64,000 nucleotides of DNA from Candidatus Hadarchaeota archaeon (GTDB lineage: Archaea; CAYQAE01; CAYVLA01). Below, piece by piece: positions 39,626-49,173 of the stretch; within the stretch, counting starts at the first letter, position 1, and each line of letters opens with the position of its first letter. Below the pieces are notes generated by a model that was not told where the DNA came from, made no database searches, and saw only the letters and a list, made by a program, of their open reading frames with translations. The DNA lies in the NCBI GenBank assembly GCA_964621445.1, contig CAZUNO010000002.1, positions 1 through 64,000 on the forward strand, written 5' to 3'. Made by a program: the position numbers and the translations under genes.

Positions 39626-39997
39626 ATGAATCTCACCGATGAGGATATCGAAGAAGCACGGGTCTATCTCGTTAACGAAATGGTGGAGGAAGAATTCCAG
39701 GAAATACTTTACCAAACGGATCTCACTTGTCGTCTCTGTACCCGATGCTGCATAGACTATGGAATCCCTGAGATCTCAAAGCCGGCAGGTGTAAGATGCC
39801 CCTATCTAACCGAGGAGGGATTGTGTGAAATATACCAGGACCGGCCACGGCGCTGCAGGGATTTCCCCCACCTCAAGAATCTAAACTACGTGAAGGCCAA
39901 TAGCCGGTCAATCTTTCACGTGAAGAGCAGCTGTCCAGTTATCACTGAATTCATCGAGAATATTCTGGAAAGGATCAGGGAAATCAAAAAATGCTGA
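39626..39997 (+). CDS. YkgJ-family CxxCxxCC (Fe-S/zinc) protein
   Basis: CRLCTRCC, CPYL..LCEIYQDRPRRCRDFP. Confidence 0.88.
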   Translation: MNLTDEDIEEARVYLVNEMVEEEFQEILYQTDLTCRLCTRCCIDYGIPEISKPAGVRCPYLTEEGLCEIYQDRPRRCRDFPHLKNLNYVKANSRSIFHVKSSCPVITEFIENILERIREIKKC

Positions 39998-40029
39998 GCA
40001 GCCGTTTACCACTCCCGAATGTGATTCGA

Positions 40030-40863
40030 ATGATGGGTAAGGATATTCTTGATCATTTCCTCTCCAGATCTGACTGGGTTGATGGAGAGAATACAGTTGA
40101 CCGGGTAATAGTTGGCGATCCCGAACTCGATTCATCCTCCTGCCTGGTAACCTGGATGCCCTCACTTTCCGCACTCCGCACCATGCATGGAAAGGGCATC
40201 CCCCTCATGATTTGTCATGAACCGGTATTCTGGAATCACCACGATCAGAGCCCCGGTTCCAGCCCCCAATCATCACGAAAATTGAACTACATCCAGGACC
40301 GCGAGCTAACAATAGTGAGGATTCATGATTGCTGGGATAGATGGCCGGAAGCCGGAATTCCCTTTGCATGGGCTCGATTCCTGGGTATTGGAACCAAGCC
40401 AGCGAAGATTGGAGCCAACGGCTATCAGCATAGATATGATATCAAGGGGATAGGACTCCGCGAGTTCGCGCTCAAGGTCGCAGATAGGTGCTCAACTATC
40501 GGTGAACCGGTCATCCAAGTAACGGGGGATCCGGGAACCGAAATATCCCGGGTGGGTATAGGGACGGGATGTGCATGTGATATCAATATCTATCTGGAAA
40601 TGGGTTGTGACTGCTCCGTGGTTTGTGACGACGGGTCCTCCTACTGGGCAGGAATCCAGATGGCCAAGGACATGGAACACCCAGTAATTCGAGTGAATCA
40701 TGGAACATCAGAGGAGCCAGGGATGATCTCCCTTACCGGTTATGTAAATGAGAACCTGGAGGGCCTAAACGCGATCCACCTTCCCCATGGCTCGAGCTAC
40801 CGGCCAATGGGATTACTCGAGTCAGGAGCCCACCAAAATTCACGAAGGTTCCCAGGTCCGTGA
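40030..40863 (+). CDS. Nif3-like dinuclear metal-centre protein
   Basis: TVD..GDP, ICHEPVFW, RIHD, NHGTSEEPG. Confidence 0.82.
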   Translation: MMGKDILDHFLSRSDWVDGENTVDRVIVGDPELDSSSCLVTWMPSLSALRTMHGKGIPLMICHEPVFWNHHDQSPGSSPQSSRKLNYIQDRELTIVRIHDCWDRWPEAGIPFAWARFLGIGTKPAKIGANGYQHRYDIKGIGLREFALKVADRCSTIGEPVIQVTGDPGTEISRVGIGTGCACDINIYLEMGCDCSVVCDDGSSYWAGIQMAKDMEHPVIRVNHGTSEEPGMISLTGYVNENLEGLNAIHLPHGSSYRPMGLLESGAHQNSRRFPGP

Positions 40864-42027
40864 ATGCTTACCCAGGAATAGGAATATCGATAGGCAAATG
40901 ATCAACGGCAAATAGGGCAACTCCCCAATGATCCCCACATCATCACCATAGGATGCCACGAAAAGTTCGGTGGATCGGGACCCACAGCCGATAAACTCCC
41001 CGGTCCAGGAGGGGCTGACGTCGTATGCGATATCTATATTGGTAGGCACGAAGTCCAACTCCCATAGTAAATCCCCGTTTTTGTCCACTTTGAGAAAATG
41101 GGCCAGCATGGGATAAAGACCAGTAATGCCTCCGGCCACGTAACCTCCTTCCACCTCGGTAACTGAATTAGCCTCATCCCTTTCGGGGGTTCCATATGCC
41201 TTCTCCCAGATCTTATTGCCTTCCTGGTCTATCTTAAGTAGGTAGAAATCCCTTCCTCCTTCCCCAAAAGATTCGGTGAATCCGGCCATGAGATAGCCAC
41301 CATCCTCGGTTGCAATTATGCTATCGGCAACTTCAAAATCATCCCCGCCTTGGCTCTTTTCCCATAGGACCTCCCCTTCCTCATCTATCTTAAACACGTA
41401 GGCATCCCCACCTTTGAAGCCCGCGACAAGGTAGCCAGAGTCCCTGGCGGTGACGATGGAGTTGGCCTGACCCGTGCCATAGGTTCTGTTCCAGACAATT
41501 TCCCCGGCCGAATTCAGCTTTAACAGGTATATATCCACATTAAGCCTCTGATAGAGCGAATAACCGGCCAGAATGAAACCACCGTCCCCGGTCTGTACGA
41601 TGGACCTCCCATACTCCTCATTCTCCCGCTCGATTACCCTCTGCCAAATCATCTCTCCCGATTCATCGGTTCTTACCACGGAGATATCTAAACGATCATC
41701 GTCCACGCCACTACCGGCCGAGATCCCACACATGATATACCCGTCCTCCAATGGCAATAAGTCAAAGGCGGAATTCTTTTTTTCCTCAACCGGATAGTAG
41801 CTTCTATTCCATATCACGTTTCCCATTTCGTCCAACTTGACCAGGATATATTCTTTATCTGATCCAGTGCCCGCGAAAACGTAGCCATTATCAATGGCCC
41901 TGGTAATTGACCTGGCCTCAGAGCCATTCAAAGAGATATTCCATAGCTGCTGTGGCAGCCCCATTGCCGGGATGCAGAGCATTACCATAAACGACAGCGC
42001 TAGTATTCCTTTCTTAAAGAAAGACAT
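40840..42027 (-). CDS. exported beta-propeller repeat protein with C-terminal anchor
   Basis: Signal peptide; repeated DGGY/FxxAG..LLKxDxxGxxxW units; C-terminal IGELP + TM + basic tail. Confidence 0.8.
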   Translation of the reverse strand: MSFFKKGILALSFMVMLCIPAMGLPQQLWNISLNGSEARSITRAIDNGYVFAGTGSDKEYILVKLDEMGNVIWNRSYYPVEEKKNSAFDLLPLEDGYIMCGISAGSGVDDDRLDISVVRTDESGEMIWQRVIERENEEYGRSIVQTGDGGFILAGYSLYQRLNVDIYLLKLNSAGEIVWNRTYGTGQANSIVTARDSGYLVAGFKGGDAYVFKIDEEGEVLWEKSQGGDDFEVADSIIATEDGGYLMAGFTESFGEGGRDFYLLKIDQEGNKIWEKAYGTPERDEANSVTEVEGGYVAGGITGLYPMLAHFLKVDKNGDLLWELDFVPTNIDIAYDVSPSWTGEFIGCGSRSTELFVASYGDDVGIIGELPYLPLIICLSIFLFLGKHSRTWEPS

Positions 42028-42052
42028 GCCTCTGGCCGTCTGGCAATTATTT

Positions 42053-42955
42053 TTATCTCTTTCCCCCCGGAAGTCCGACTTCATCCACATAATGCCTCCT
42101 TAAATTGGTCAAGGTTCCTGGTACCACCTCGTATTTCTCCTTTAACTCTCCCAGGTATCCGATTAGGTCCAGCAATGTTCTCGTATGGTCCGTATCCTCC
42201 CTGTCATACCGGTAACAATTATGGGTAAACAGGCATAGGCATTGGAAATCGGCGGACCTATCCTCCATTTCTCTCAGTGCCCGATTTACTATCGGCAGAT
42301 GCCATACATCGAACTCTCCGTGTTCTATTCGCAGCTCGTAAGGAAAGCCATTTGGATGGTGCCTGCTGGGGTCCGTGGTAACTGGAACTTCCAAGAAAGG
42401 CAGACCTCCCGCTTCCAGCCGGTTCTCCTCGTTGGTCCAGTGAGGATGACGGGAAGTATCCTTCCACTCGGCCGCAAAACATGGGACCTCCCTTCCCGGA
42501 TCCGAAACCGATCCTTGCTCAAATCCCAGGGAATAAAGAACGGGAAATGTATTGTCGTCGGCTGAGAAATTCCCGGGTCTAAAGGACTTCGGGGCCTTCC
42601 CAATTGCCTCCTGGAAAATCCTGCTGCCCTCCCCGATTATTTCCTTCTGGCCATGGTAATCATATTGACCTAGATAATTGGAATATTGGCCATTTCCCAT
42701 CGTCTGTGGGTGTATATGCAAACCCATCTCAACCCCCAGTTTTGAGAGTTCACGGAATAGCTCTGCCTGTCTCTGGGCACACTCCGGCGTTAAGAAAAGG
42801 GTGGGCGGAATCCCGGAATCAAGAAGTCGTTTGGAAAAGCCGTATATGGCCTTTTCGCTCCTATCCCAGCTTTCTGGTCCTCCGAGTTCATTGGGGAACT
42901 CCCCAACGCTTCGTTCACAGTCCATAGTGAACGCTATGTATAGCCTTGGAGCCAT
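42053..42955 (-). CDS. polysaccharide deacetylase-like (CE4/WalW-like) protein
   Basis: FTMDCE, GLHIHP, SFRPG, LEVPVT. Confidence 0.8.
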   Translation of the reverse strand: MAPRLYIAFTMDCERSVGEFPNELGGPESWDRSEKAIYGFSKRLLDSGIPPTLFLTPECAQRQAELFRELSKLGVEMGLHIHPQTMGNGQYSNYLGQYDYHGQKEIIGEGSRIFQEAIGKAPKSFRPGNFSADDNTFPVLYSLGFEQGSVSDPGREVPCFAAEWKDTSRHPHWTNEENRLEAGGLPFLEVPVTTDPSRHHPNGFPYELRIEHGEFDVWHLPIVNRALREMEDRSADFQCLCLFTHNCYRYDREDTDHTRTLLDLIGYLGELKEKYEVVPGTLTNLRRHYVDEVGLPGGKR

Positions 42956-44257
42956 TCAAGCCCCCTCTTGGCAGTCATTACCGAAAAATATCTCACTTGA
43001 ATCAGCCTTTTCGGCAGTAATCCCACGCAGATGCCGGAAGTTTTTCCTCCTTGCGGCCTCTGCTCCATAGCTATATTTGGGAGGCTCCCGGGCCCGAGAT
43101 TCCCTTTCACAGGATATATTGGGGGAGCAATAATCAAATTCGTTATCCGATATCCAAATTTGTCTAGCCTCTGATTCAACTAAAATTCCTGTCTCATCGC
43201 CGCCAGCCATCCCGGAAATGGAGTTTTCCTGGATAGCGATATCATGGGCGGGTCCACATATCTGGATCTGGCTATCCCCTGACTTGAAGGAATTTCCCTC
43301 GATTTGGCACCTTCTCACAAGACAGGCATGCATTTCAACTGGTCTCTCCGTTTTTCGGAATATTATCCCTGGACCTCCGTTGCTTCCGATACTACAATTT
43401 TCGATCAGGTTATAGCAATCTCTGGTGCCAATGGATATGCCGGAGGAGAGATTACCTGTAAATTCACAATCCCGGACGGTGATATGATTGGCACGCACGC
43501 AGAAGAATAATCCATTTAAGTCATTATCTCTGGCCTTGCATTTCTCGAATAGCATCCCTGTACTCCCTGCACCTGGGTGGTAACCATTTCCAGCATTTTT
43601 TTCCAGGAGACAGTCACTTACCCTAACCCTGCTACACATCTGGAAACCAAATCCTTCCCCCTCAAATGCCCTTTCCTCGACTTTCTGAACTTCGATTTGA
43701 TGGCTTCGGAGGAAATAGACCGCGGCACCTCTACATGGACCTATCCCTGCTGGTTGTTCTTCCCTGTTTCCATCGATCACTAGATCGCTGACCTTGGCGT
43801 TTTCTATATCCAAACCATAGATGAGAGGGAATGCGGTCACCAATACTGGATTGAATCTTTTCTGATAGTCAGCATGCAGACCAGTGTCAATACCTATCCA
43901 ATTATCATCAACCCACGTAATGCGGCCGAAGGTCTCGTAAAAGCCCCGATGTTCATCGTCCCCTATAGTCACCGTCATACCAGGCTCAAGGCCTTTGGCA
44001 TCGATTAGAGGAACATCAAGCATTCCATAATTATGATACCCGGAGAGGGGATATATGGATCCTGGTGATTTCCTTAGAACCGTCTTTTTACCCTGACCCT
44101 GCAGAGTGGTGTTGGAACGCAATTCTATTCCCCTGTCGATTTCAAGATCCATCTCCGGCAAGATAACACGGCCTCCGGCCGGAGATATGCCATCGATTTC
44201 CTTTTGAATATCGGTTGCGGAGGTTACGTCCGATTTCCTTAACCTGACGGAATGCAT
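42956..44257 (-). CDS. right-handed parallel beta-helix protein
   Basis: IQKEID..GGRVILP, LRSNTTLQGQG, IDGN, repeated NxxxG turns. Confidence 0.82.
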   Translation of the reverse strand: MHSVRLRKSDVTSATDIQKEIDGISPAGGRVILPEMDLEIDRGIELRSNTTLQGQGKKTVLRKSPGSIYPLSGYHNYGMLDVPLIDAKGLEPGMTVTIGDDEHRGFYETFGRITWVDDNWIGIDTGLHADYQKRFNPVLVTAFPLIYGLDIENAKVSDLVIDGNREEQPAGIGPCRGAAVYFLRSHQIEVQKVEERAFEGEGFGFQMCSRVRVSDCLLEKNAGNGYHPGAGSTGMLFEKCKARDNDLNGLFFCVRANHITVRDCEFTGNLSSGISIGTRDCYNLIENCSIGSNGGPGIIFRKTERPVEMHACLVRRCQIEGNSFKSGDSQIQICGPAHDIAIQENSISGMAGGDETGILVESEARQIWISDNEFDYCSPNISCERESRAREPPKYSYGAEAARRKNFRHLRGITAEKADSSEIFFGNDCQEGA

Positions 44258-44389
44258 TGGGTTACCCTCACACCTCATCCCCCTTCCAACAAAAAGGTGT
44301 ATTCGACAATACGTCTCCTCTCCGATATTCAGAGGCAGATGGAATAGCGGTCAAACAAGGCAAACACTATATAGACTGGCATTACCGAA

Positions 44390-46291
44390 TTGAGATCGAT
44401 GGATATGATATTTCTCATTGAGGCCGGAATCCATTTTGCATCTGCCTCGTCTATTTTGTGGCTGCTTCCGTTCATTGTCCTCGCCCTTCATGATGCTTCC
44501 GCTGGTGTTCCATGGAACTCGATAAGTAAATGGAAAATAAGATTGACCGGAAATCCAACAGCTAGCGAGCAGTATGCTGCCATTGAGCTACAGCGCTTTC
44601 TGAATGAAGCAGGCCAGGTAAAGCTCCAAATACAAAATGAGCTCTCGGAGAAGGGCCCTGCCATATTCATAGGGCCTGATGCCGTATCCATGGCTGAAGA
44701 TATGGAGTTCAATATGGAGGATTTGGGCCCTGAGGATTTTCAGATCTCGGTTGATGAGACCGGGATCTTCATTGCTGGGGGCAGGCCCCGTGGCACGCTA
44801 TATGGAGTATATGCCTTTCTTGAGGATGCGCTTGGAATCCGTTTTCTTACCCCGGACCACACCTTTATTCCCCATATGGATAATCAAAAAGCGATTCCCC
44901 ATATGGATAAAAAGTTCTCACCGCCTTTCTCCTTCCGATGGAGCAGATTTGGCGAAATCCTGGAAGACCACCTCTTCGCTACCAGAATGCGCACCAATAC
45001 CGTTCAGGAAGAGGAAAAGCTTGGAGGCAAAACCCCGGTAAAACTGATTAACCACACATTTGGACAACTAATGCCCTGGTCTGAATACGGGGACGAGCAT
45101 CCCGAATATTACAACGAAATTGATGGTAAGCGGCCTAAAAATATCTGGCATGATCAATATGACCCGGGAGTCCAGCTCTGCACCACGAATCCTGATGTCA
45201 TCCGTATTGTCACGGAAAAGGTATTGCGGAAATTGGAAGAAACCCCTGACCTGGCCAACATCTCAGTTTCCCAAAATGACAACGGCCAATACTGTCAATG
45301 TGACCGATGTCGGGCCATAGATGAGAGAGAGGGATCCCATATGGGGTCCCTTCTGACCTTAGTGAATGTCGTTGCCGACGAGGTGGCAAAACGATATCCC
45401 GGTGTAATGGTGGGCACCCTGGCATATGCCTACTCAAGAAAGCCGCCCAAGAATATCAAGCCCAGACCCAACGTCCAAATCCAGCTCTGCAGTATAGAAT
45501 GCTGCCAAACCCATGCAATTGATGACCCGGACTGCCCCAAGAATCCTCCATTTTGCAAAGACCTAAAGAACTGGGGAAAGATCTGCGATAACGTATATGT
45601 CTGGGACTACGTGACCAACTTCCACAACTACCTTCTCCCCTGTCCAAATCTTCGTACATTGGGTAACAACGTGAGGTTCTTCCACCAGAACGGGGTTAGA
45701 GGATTGCACATGCAAGGGCCGGGGCCGGGAGCAGAGATGGGCGGACTTCGTAATTATATAATTAGCAATTTGATATGGGACCCATCTAAAGATGACGGAG
45801 TTCTTATGGATGAGTTCCTAAGGCTCCATTACGGCAAGGCCGCTGGTTTGGTAATGGATTATATTGATCTCATACACGACGCAGCGGAGGAGAACACCCA
45901 GCACCGTAACTGTTTCGGATCCGCATCAGAACATGGTTTGAACGCTGATCTGGGATGGAAAGGCCTGACTATTTTCCGGAAAGCGATTGATGAGGCGGAT
46001 TCAAGGGCTATCCAGGAAAGGCTGGAAAAGGCGTCCATTGGCTGTCACGCACTTATCGTGGAAAGCGTAGTGAGTCAGGCTTTCCAGAAGATACGAAGTC
46101 GAAAGAAAAATAGGGACAAAACGCCTTTTGTTCTTGATGTTCAAGCCAGGAAGATCCGTCCCTATTTGGGGCCGTTTTTCGATCTTTGTCGAAAGCACGA
46201 TATACCAAAGATGGGTGAATGGGCGACTTTGGACGAAGTTGAAGAGGTTGTCAGGGAGGGGTATAAAATGGAAGAGGGAGAATCATTCTAG
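44390..46291 (+). CDS. DUF4838-domain protein (GH-like)
   Basis: AAIELQRFL, GTLYGVYAFLE..GIRF, QLCTTNP, SQND..CQC..C, TLAY, WDY. Confidence 0.8.
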   Translation: MRSMDMIFLIEAGIHFASASSILWLLPFIVLALHDASAGVPWNSISKWKIRLTGNPTASEQYAAIELQRFLNEAGQVKLQIQNELSEKGPAIFIGPDAVSMAEDMEFNMEDLGPEDFQISVDETGIFIAGGRPRGTLYGVYAFLEDALGIRFLTPDHTFIPHMDNQKAIPHMDKKFSPPFSFRWSRFGEILEDHLFATRMRTNTVQEEEKLGGKTPVKLINHTFGQLMPWSEYGDEHPEYYNEIDGKRPKNIWHDQYDPGVQLCTTNPDVIRIVTEKVLRKLEETPDLANISVSQNDNGQYCQCDRCRAIDEREGSHMGSLLTLVNVVADEVAKRYPGVMVGTLAYAYSRKPPKNIKPRPNVQIQLCSIECCQTHAIDDPDCPKNPPFCKDLKNWGKICDNVYVWDYVTNFHNYLLPCPNLRTLGNNVRFFHQNGVRGLHMQGPGPGAEMGGLRNYIISNLIWDPSKDDGVLMDEFLRLHYGKAAGLVMDYIDLIHDAAEENTQHRNCFGSASEHGLNADLGWKGLTIFRKAIDEADSRAIQERLEKASIGCHALIVESVVSQAFQKIRSRKKNRDKTPFVLDVQARKIRPYLGPFFDLCRKHDIPKMGEWATLDEVEEVVREGYKMEEGESF

Positions 46292-46379
46292 ATACCGGGC
46301 TTACTTATCAGGCAAAAAATTGATCCTGCCAATTTATAGCACTAAAGTCCCCTCCACCTAGGTAGTTTTATGGAGTTCC

Positions 46380-47129
46380 GTGAAGTACATACCGATGTTA
46401 AGAGAAATCAGGCCTCTGCTCGGTTTCAGCGTTGAGGCCATGGATGGAGATATCGGGAGTGTAAGAGATTTTCTTTTCCAAGCTAATAATTGGGAGGTGA
46501 GATACCTCGTTGTTGATACGGGGAATTTCCTCTCCGGCCGCAATGTACTCATAATTCCCGAGGCCCTTGGAAAGCCCCAGGAGGATTCAGAGGTGTTCCC
46601 GGTCCAATTGACCAGGGAACAGATAGAGAACAGCCCCGATATGGATTGGGCAGAACCCGTATCCAAAGAGATGGAGGAGAATTTACGGCTCTATTTTGGC
46701 TTAAGGTTCTATTCAATCCCCCGGCAGGCCGAAGTCGCATTATTTCCAAAATCAATATCCGAGCAGGAAGAGGCACAGGAGAAACCGGATAGTGATGAAT
46801 CTAACATTCGGAGTCTGGACGAGGTGGAGGAATATTCCATACATGCCACCGATGGTAAAGTGGGCCATGTTGATGATTTCCTCGTGGATGATGATGCGTG
46901 GATGATCCGATATATGACCGTTGAAACGGGTAATTGGTTATCGGGTAAGACGGTGCTGATCTCCCCTAAATGGATAGATGGGGTAAGTTGGGTGAGGCGA
47001 GAGATCGATGTGGAACTTTCCCGTGAGGCGATTGAAAACAGTCCAGAATATGACCCGTCAAGCCCGGTGGATAGGGAATACGAAGCCAGGCTCCACGAGC
47101 ATTATGGAGTTCCAAAATATTGGTCCTAG
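46380..47129 (+). CDS. tandem PRC-barrel domain protein
   Basis: Two xDGxxGxVxDF..WxxRYxxVxTGxxL repeats; LxRExIENSP; YExRLHEHYG. Confidence 0.88.
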   Translation: MKYIPMLREIRPLLGFSVEAMDGDIGSVRDFLFQANNWEVRYLVVDTGNFLSGRNVLIIPEALGKPQEDSEVFPVQLTREQIENSPDMDWAEPVSKEMEENLRLYFGLRFYSIPRQAEVALFPKSISEQEEAQEKPDSDESNIRSLDEVEEYSIHATDGKVGHVDDFLVDDDAWMIRYMTVETGNWLSGKTVLISPKWIDGVSWVRREIDVELSREAIENSPEYDPSSPVDREYEARLHEHYGVPKYWS

Positions 47130-47563
47130 CCTCCAAGAATAGCGGAATGATTTACTGGAACTTCCGCATTGAATCCAGCAAATACATATTTGCCCTGCTC
47201 CTTTGGCCCGACAGGTCACTACATTCCCTTGGCTTCTCCGGATCCATTTTAAGAATAATCCAACATTTAGCAACTGATGTTACAAAAAATCAAAGACCTA
47301 CGTCGATTTACGATTGAGGCAAAGGATGGTGAAATAGGGAGCATTCACGACTTCCTTTTTCAAGAGAATAACTGGTCCGTAAGATATGTGGTTGTGGATC
47401 CTAGAAAATACTTGCCGGGAAGAAAGGTTCTAATTATACCGGAGGCCCTGGGAAAGCCCGGTGTCAACCTTGAGGTCTTTCCGGTCATGTTGACCAATGA
47501 ACAGATAGAGAACAGCCCCGATATGGATTGGGCAGAACCCGTATCCAAAGAGATGGAGGAGAA
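46617..47563 (+). repeat. 65-bp perfect direct repeat (46617-46681 = 47499-47563)
   Basis: GAACAGATAGAGAACAGCCCC...GAGATGGAGGAGAA is identical in both PRC-barrel genes. Confidence 0.9.
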
Positions 47564-48016
47564 GCTTCATACTTTTTTCGGTTGGCCGCCGTACTGGATT
47601 CCTGAGGAATCAGGAACCGCCGTTTTCCCCAAATCGGATTCCGGTGATAAGAAGAGAGAGGTTAGGGAGAAACCCGGAGAAGGAGAATCGAATCTCAGAA
47701 GCCTAAACGAAGTCGGTGATTACTCGTTCAACGCGATAGATGGAGATATAGGGGAAGTGAGCGACTTCGTGGTGGATGATGATGACTGGAAAATACGTTA
47801 TATGGTGGTCGACACCAGTGAATGGCTTCCGGGAGGGAGGTTATTATCTCGCCGGACTGGATCGATAGCATCAATTGGGCCGATAACAAGGTAGATGTCG
47901 ATCTAAGCCGTGAAGCGGTGAAGCAAAGCCCAGAATTTGACCCTGAAAAGCCCATAGGCAGAGAATATGAGGTTAAGCTCTACGAGCACTACAGAGAGCC
48001 CAAGTACTGGGTCTAG
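47277..48016 (+). pseudogene. PRC-barrel paralog with a single frameshift near 47830
   Basis: ...DTSEWLPG continues as GREVIISPDWI...YREPKYWV in another frame, aligning with the upstream paralog. Confidence 0.8.
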
Positions 48017-48081
48017 ACCCGGGGATCAAAAAAAGTAATGGCGGGAATCCAGTTATCAGCCCAGGCCAGGATGGTAAATCA

Positions 48082-49056
48082 ATGGCCTATTCGAACCTAC
48101 ATATCGAACATATCCAGAAGGTCTTCGATGACGGAAACCACAACGCCTTTACCGACCTCTGTAATTTCAAGGGTGACTACTACCTGACCTTCCGCAGTTG
48201 CCCGGATGGACACGGCGTTAACTCGACCTCAAGGATAATCATAATGTCCAGCAAAGAGGGTGAATCATGGAAGGAATCGTGCAGTTTCAAGGTCAACGAT
48301 CGCGATACACGTGATCCCCACTTCCTTTCCTTCAGGGACCATCTTTTCGTGTATACCGGTTGCTGGCAGGAACCCAAACCGGATGGTCAGCCCGATCTAA
48401 ACGATCAGCTAGGGTTTGCCGTCCATACCTCCGACGGCCGTATATGGAAGGGCCCGACCCTGCTGGAAGGAACCTACGGGCACTACATCTGGCGCGCGGC
48501 CAAATTTCATGGTAAGGCCTATCTTTGTGCCAGGAGAAAGAAAAAATTCGCGCCCTCTTTCCGTAGGGGAGAATCGCCGGAGGAAGTCCAGGCCACCTAT
48601 CTTGAAAGTAATAATGGACTGGTTTGGTCCTTTGGTGGCTATTTCGCCAAAACTATGGGTAACGAGACCGCCTTCCTTTTCGAGGAGGATGGATCCATGC
48701 TGGCCCTGGTTCGGGGCAGAGGAGATTTCCCGGCACGTATCTGCCGTTCGAATCCCCCTTATACCGAATGGACCAGGAAGGAACTTGAACAGAACGTCGG
48801 TGGCCCACTACTTGTCAGATGGGGCAATGAATATCTGGTCGGCGGGCGAAACACCACCGAACCAGGGAACCCAAAAACCACTCTTTATTGGCTGGTGGGA
48901 GAACACCTGGAGGAAGCCTTGGAACTCCCAAGCGCTGGAGACAACTCATATCCTGGATTTGTCTCCCTGGGCAAAGATAGCGCATTAATATCCTATTACT
49001 CGGCCCACGAGAACCGACAACCCTCAATTTATCTTGCCAAGGTTGTGAGGGGATAG
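48082..49056 (+). CDS. BNR/Asp-box sialidase-like propeller protein
   Basis: HNAFTDL, SKEGESW, RDP, TSDGRIW, SNNGLVW, GDNSYPG, SYYS. Confidence 0.72.
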   Translation: MAYSNLHIEHIQKVFDDGNHNAFTDLCNFKGDYYLTFRSCPDGHGVNSTSRIIIMSSKEGESWKESCSFKVNDRDTRDPHFLSFRDHLFVYTGCWQEPKPDGQPDLNDQLGFAVHTSDGRIWKGPTLLEGTYGHYIWRAAKFHGKAYLCARRKKKFAPSFRRGESPEEVQATYLESNNGLVWSFGGYFAKTMGNETAFLFEEDGSMLALVRGRGDFPARICRSNPPYTEWTRKELEQNVGGPLLVRWGNEYLVGGRNTTEPGNPKTTLYWLVGEHLEEALELPSAGDNSYPGFVSLGKDSALISYYSAHENRQPSIYLAKVVRG

Positions 49057-49173
49057 GGAAAGTTTTCTTAGTTTGGTTATGGTTCCCTAATAGGACTAGA
49101 TGGTTTACGTCTTCACCCAAAAATAACTGGGCGAAAACCCAGCTTGCAGGGATTCTAAGGAGGAACCAGCAGG

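Noticed and set aside
47820-47845. BHB mRNA introns as the explanation for CDS frameshifts
   Set aside because: The lesion is a 1-nt deletion with no extra sequence; no BHB fold found there or at positions 19-81
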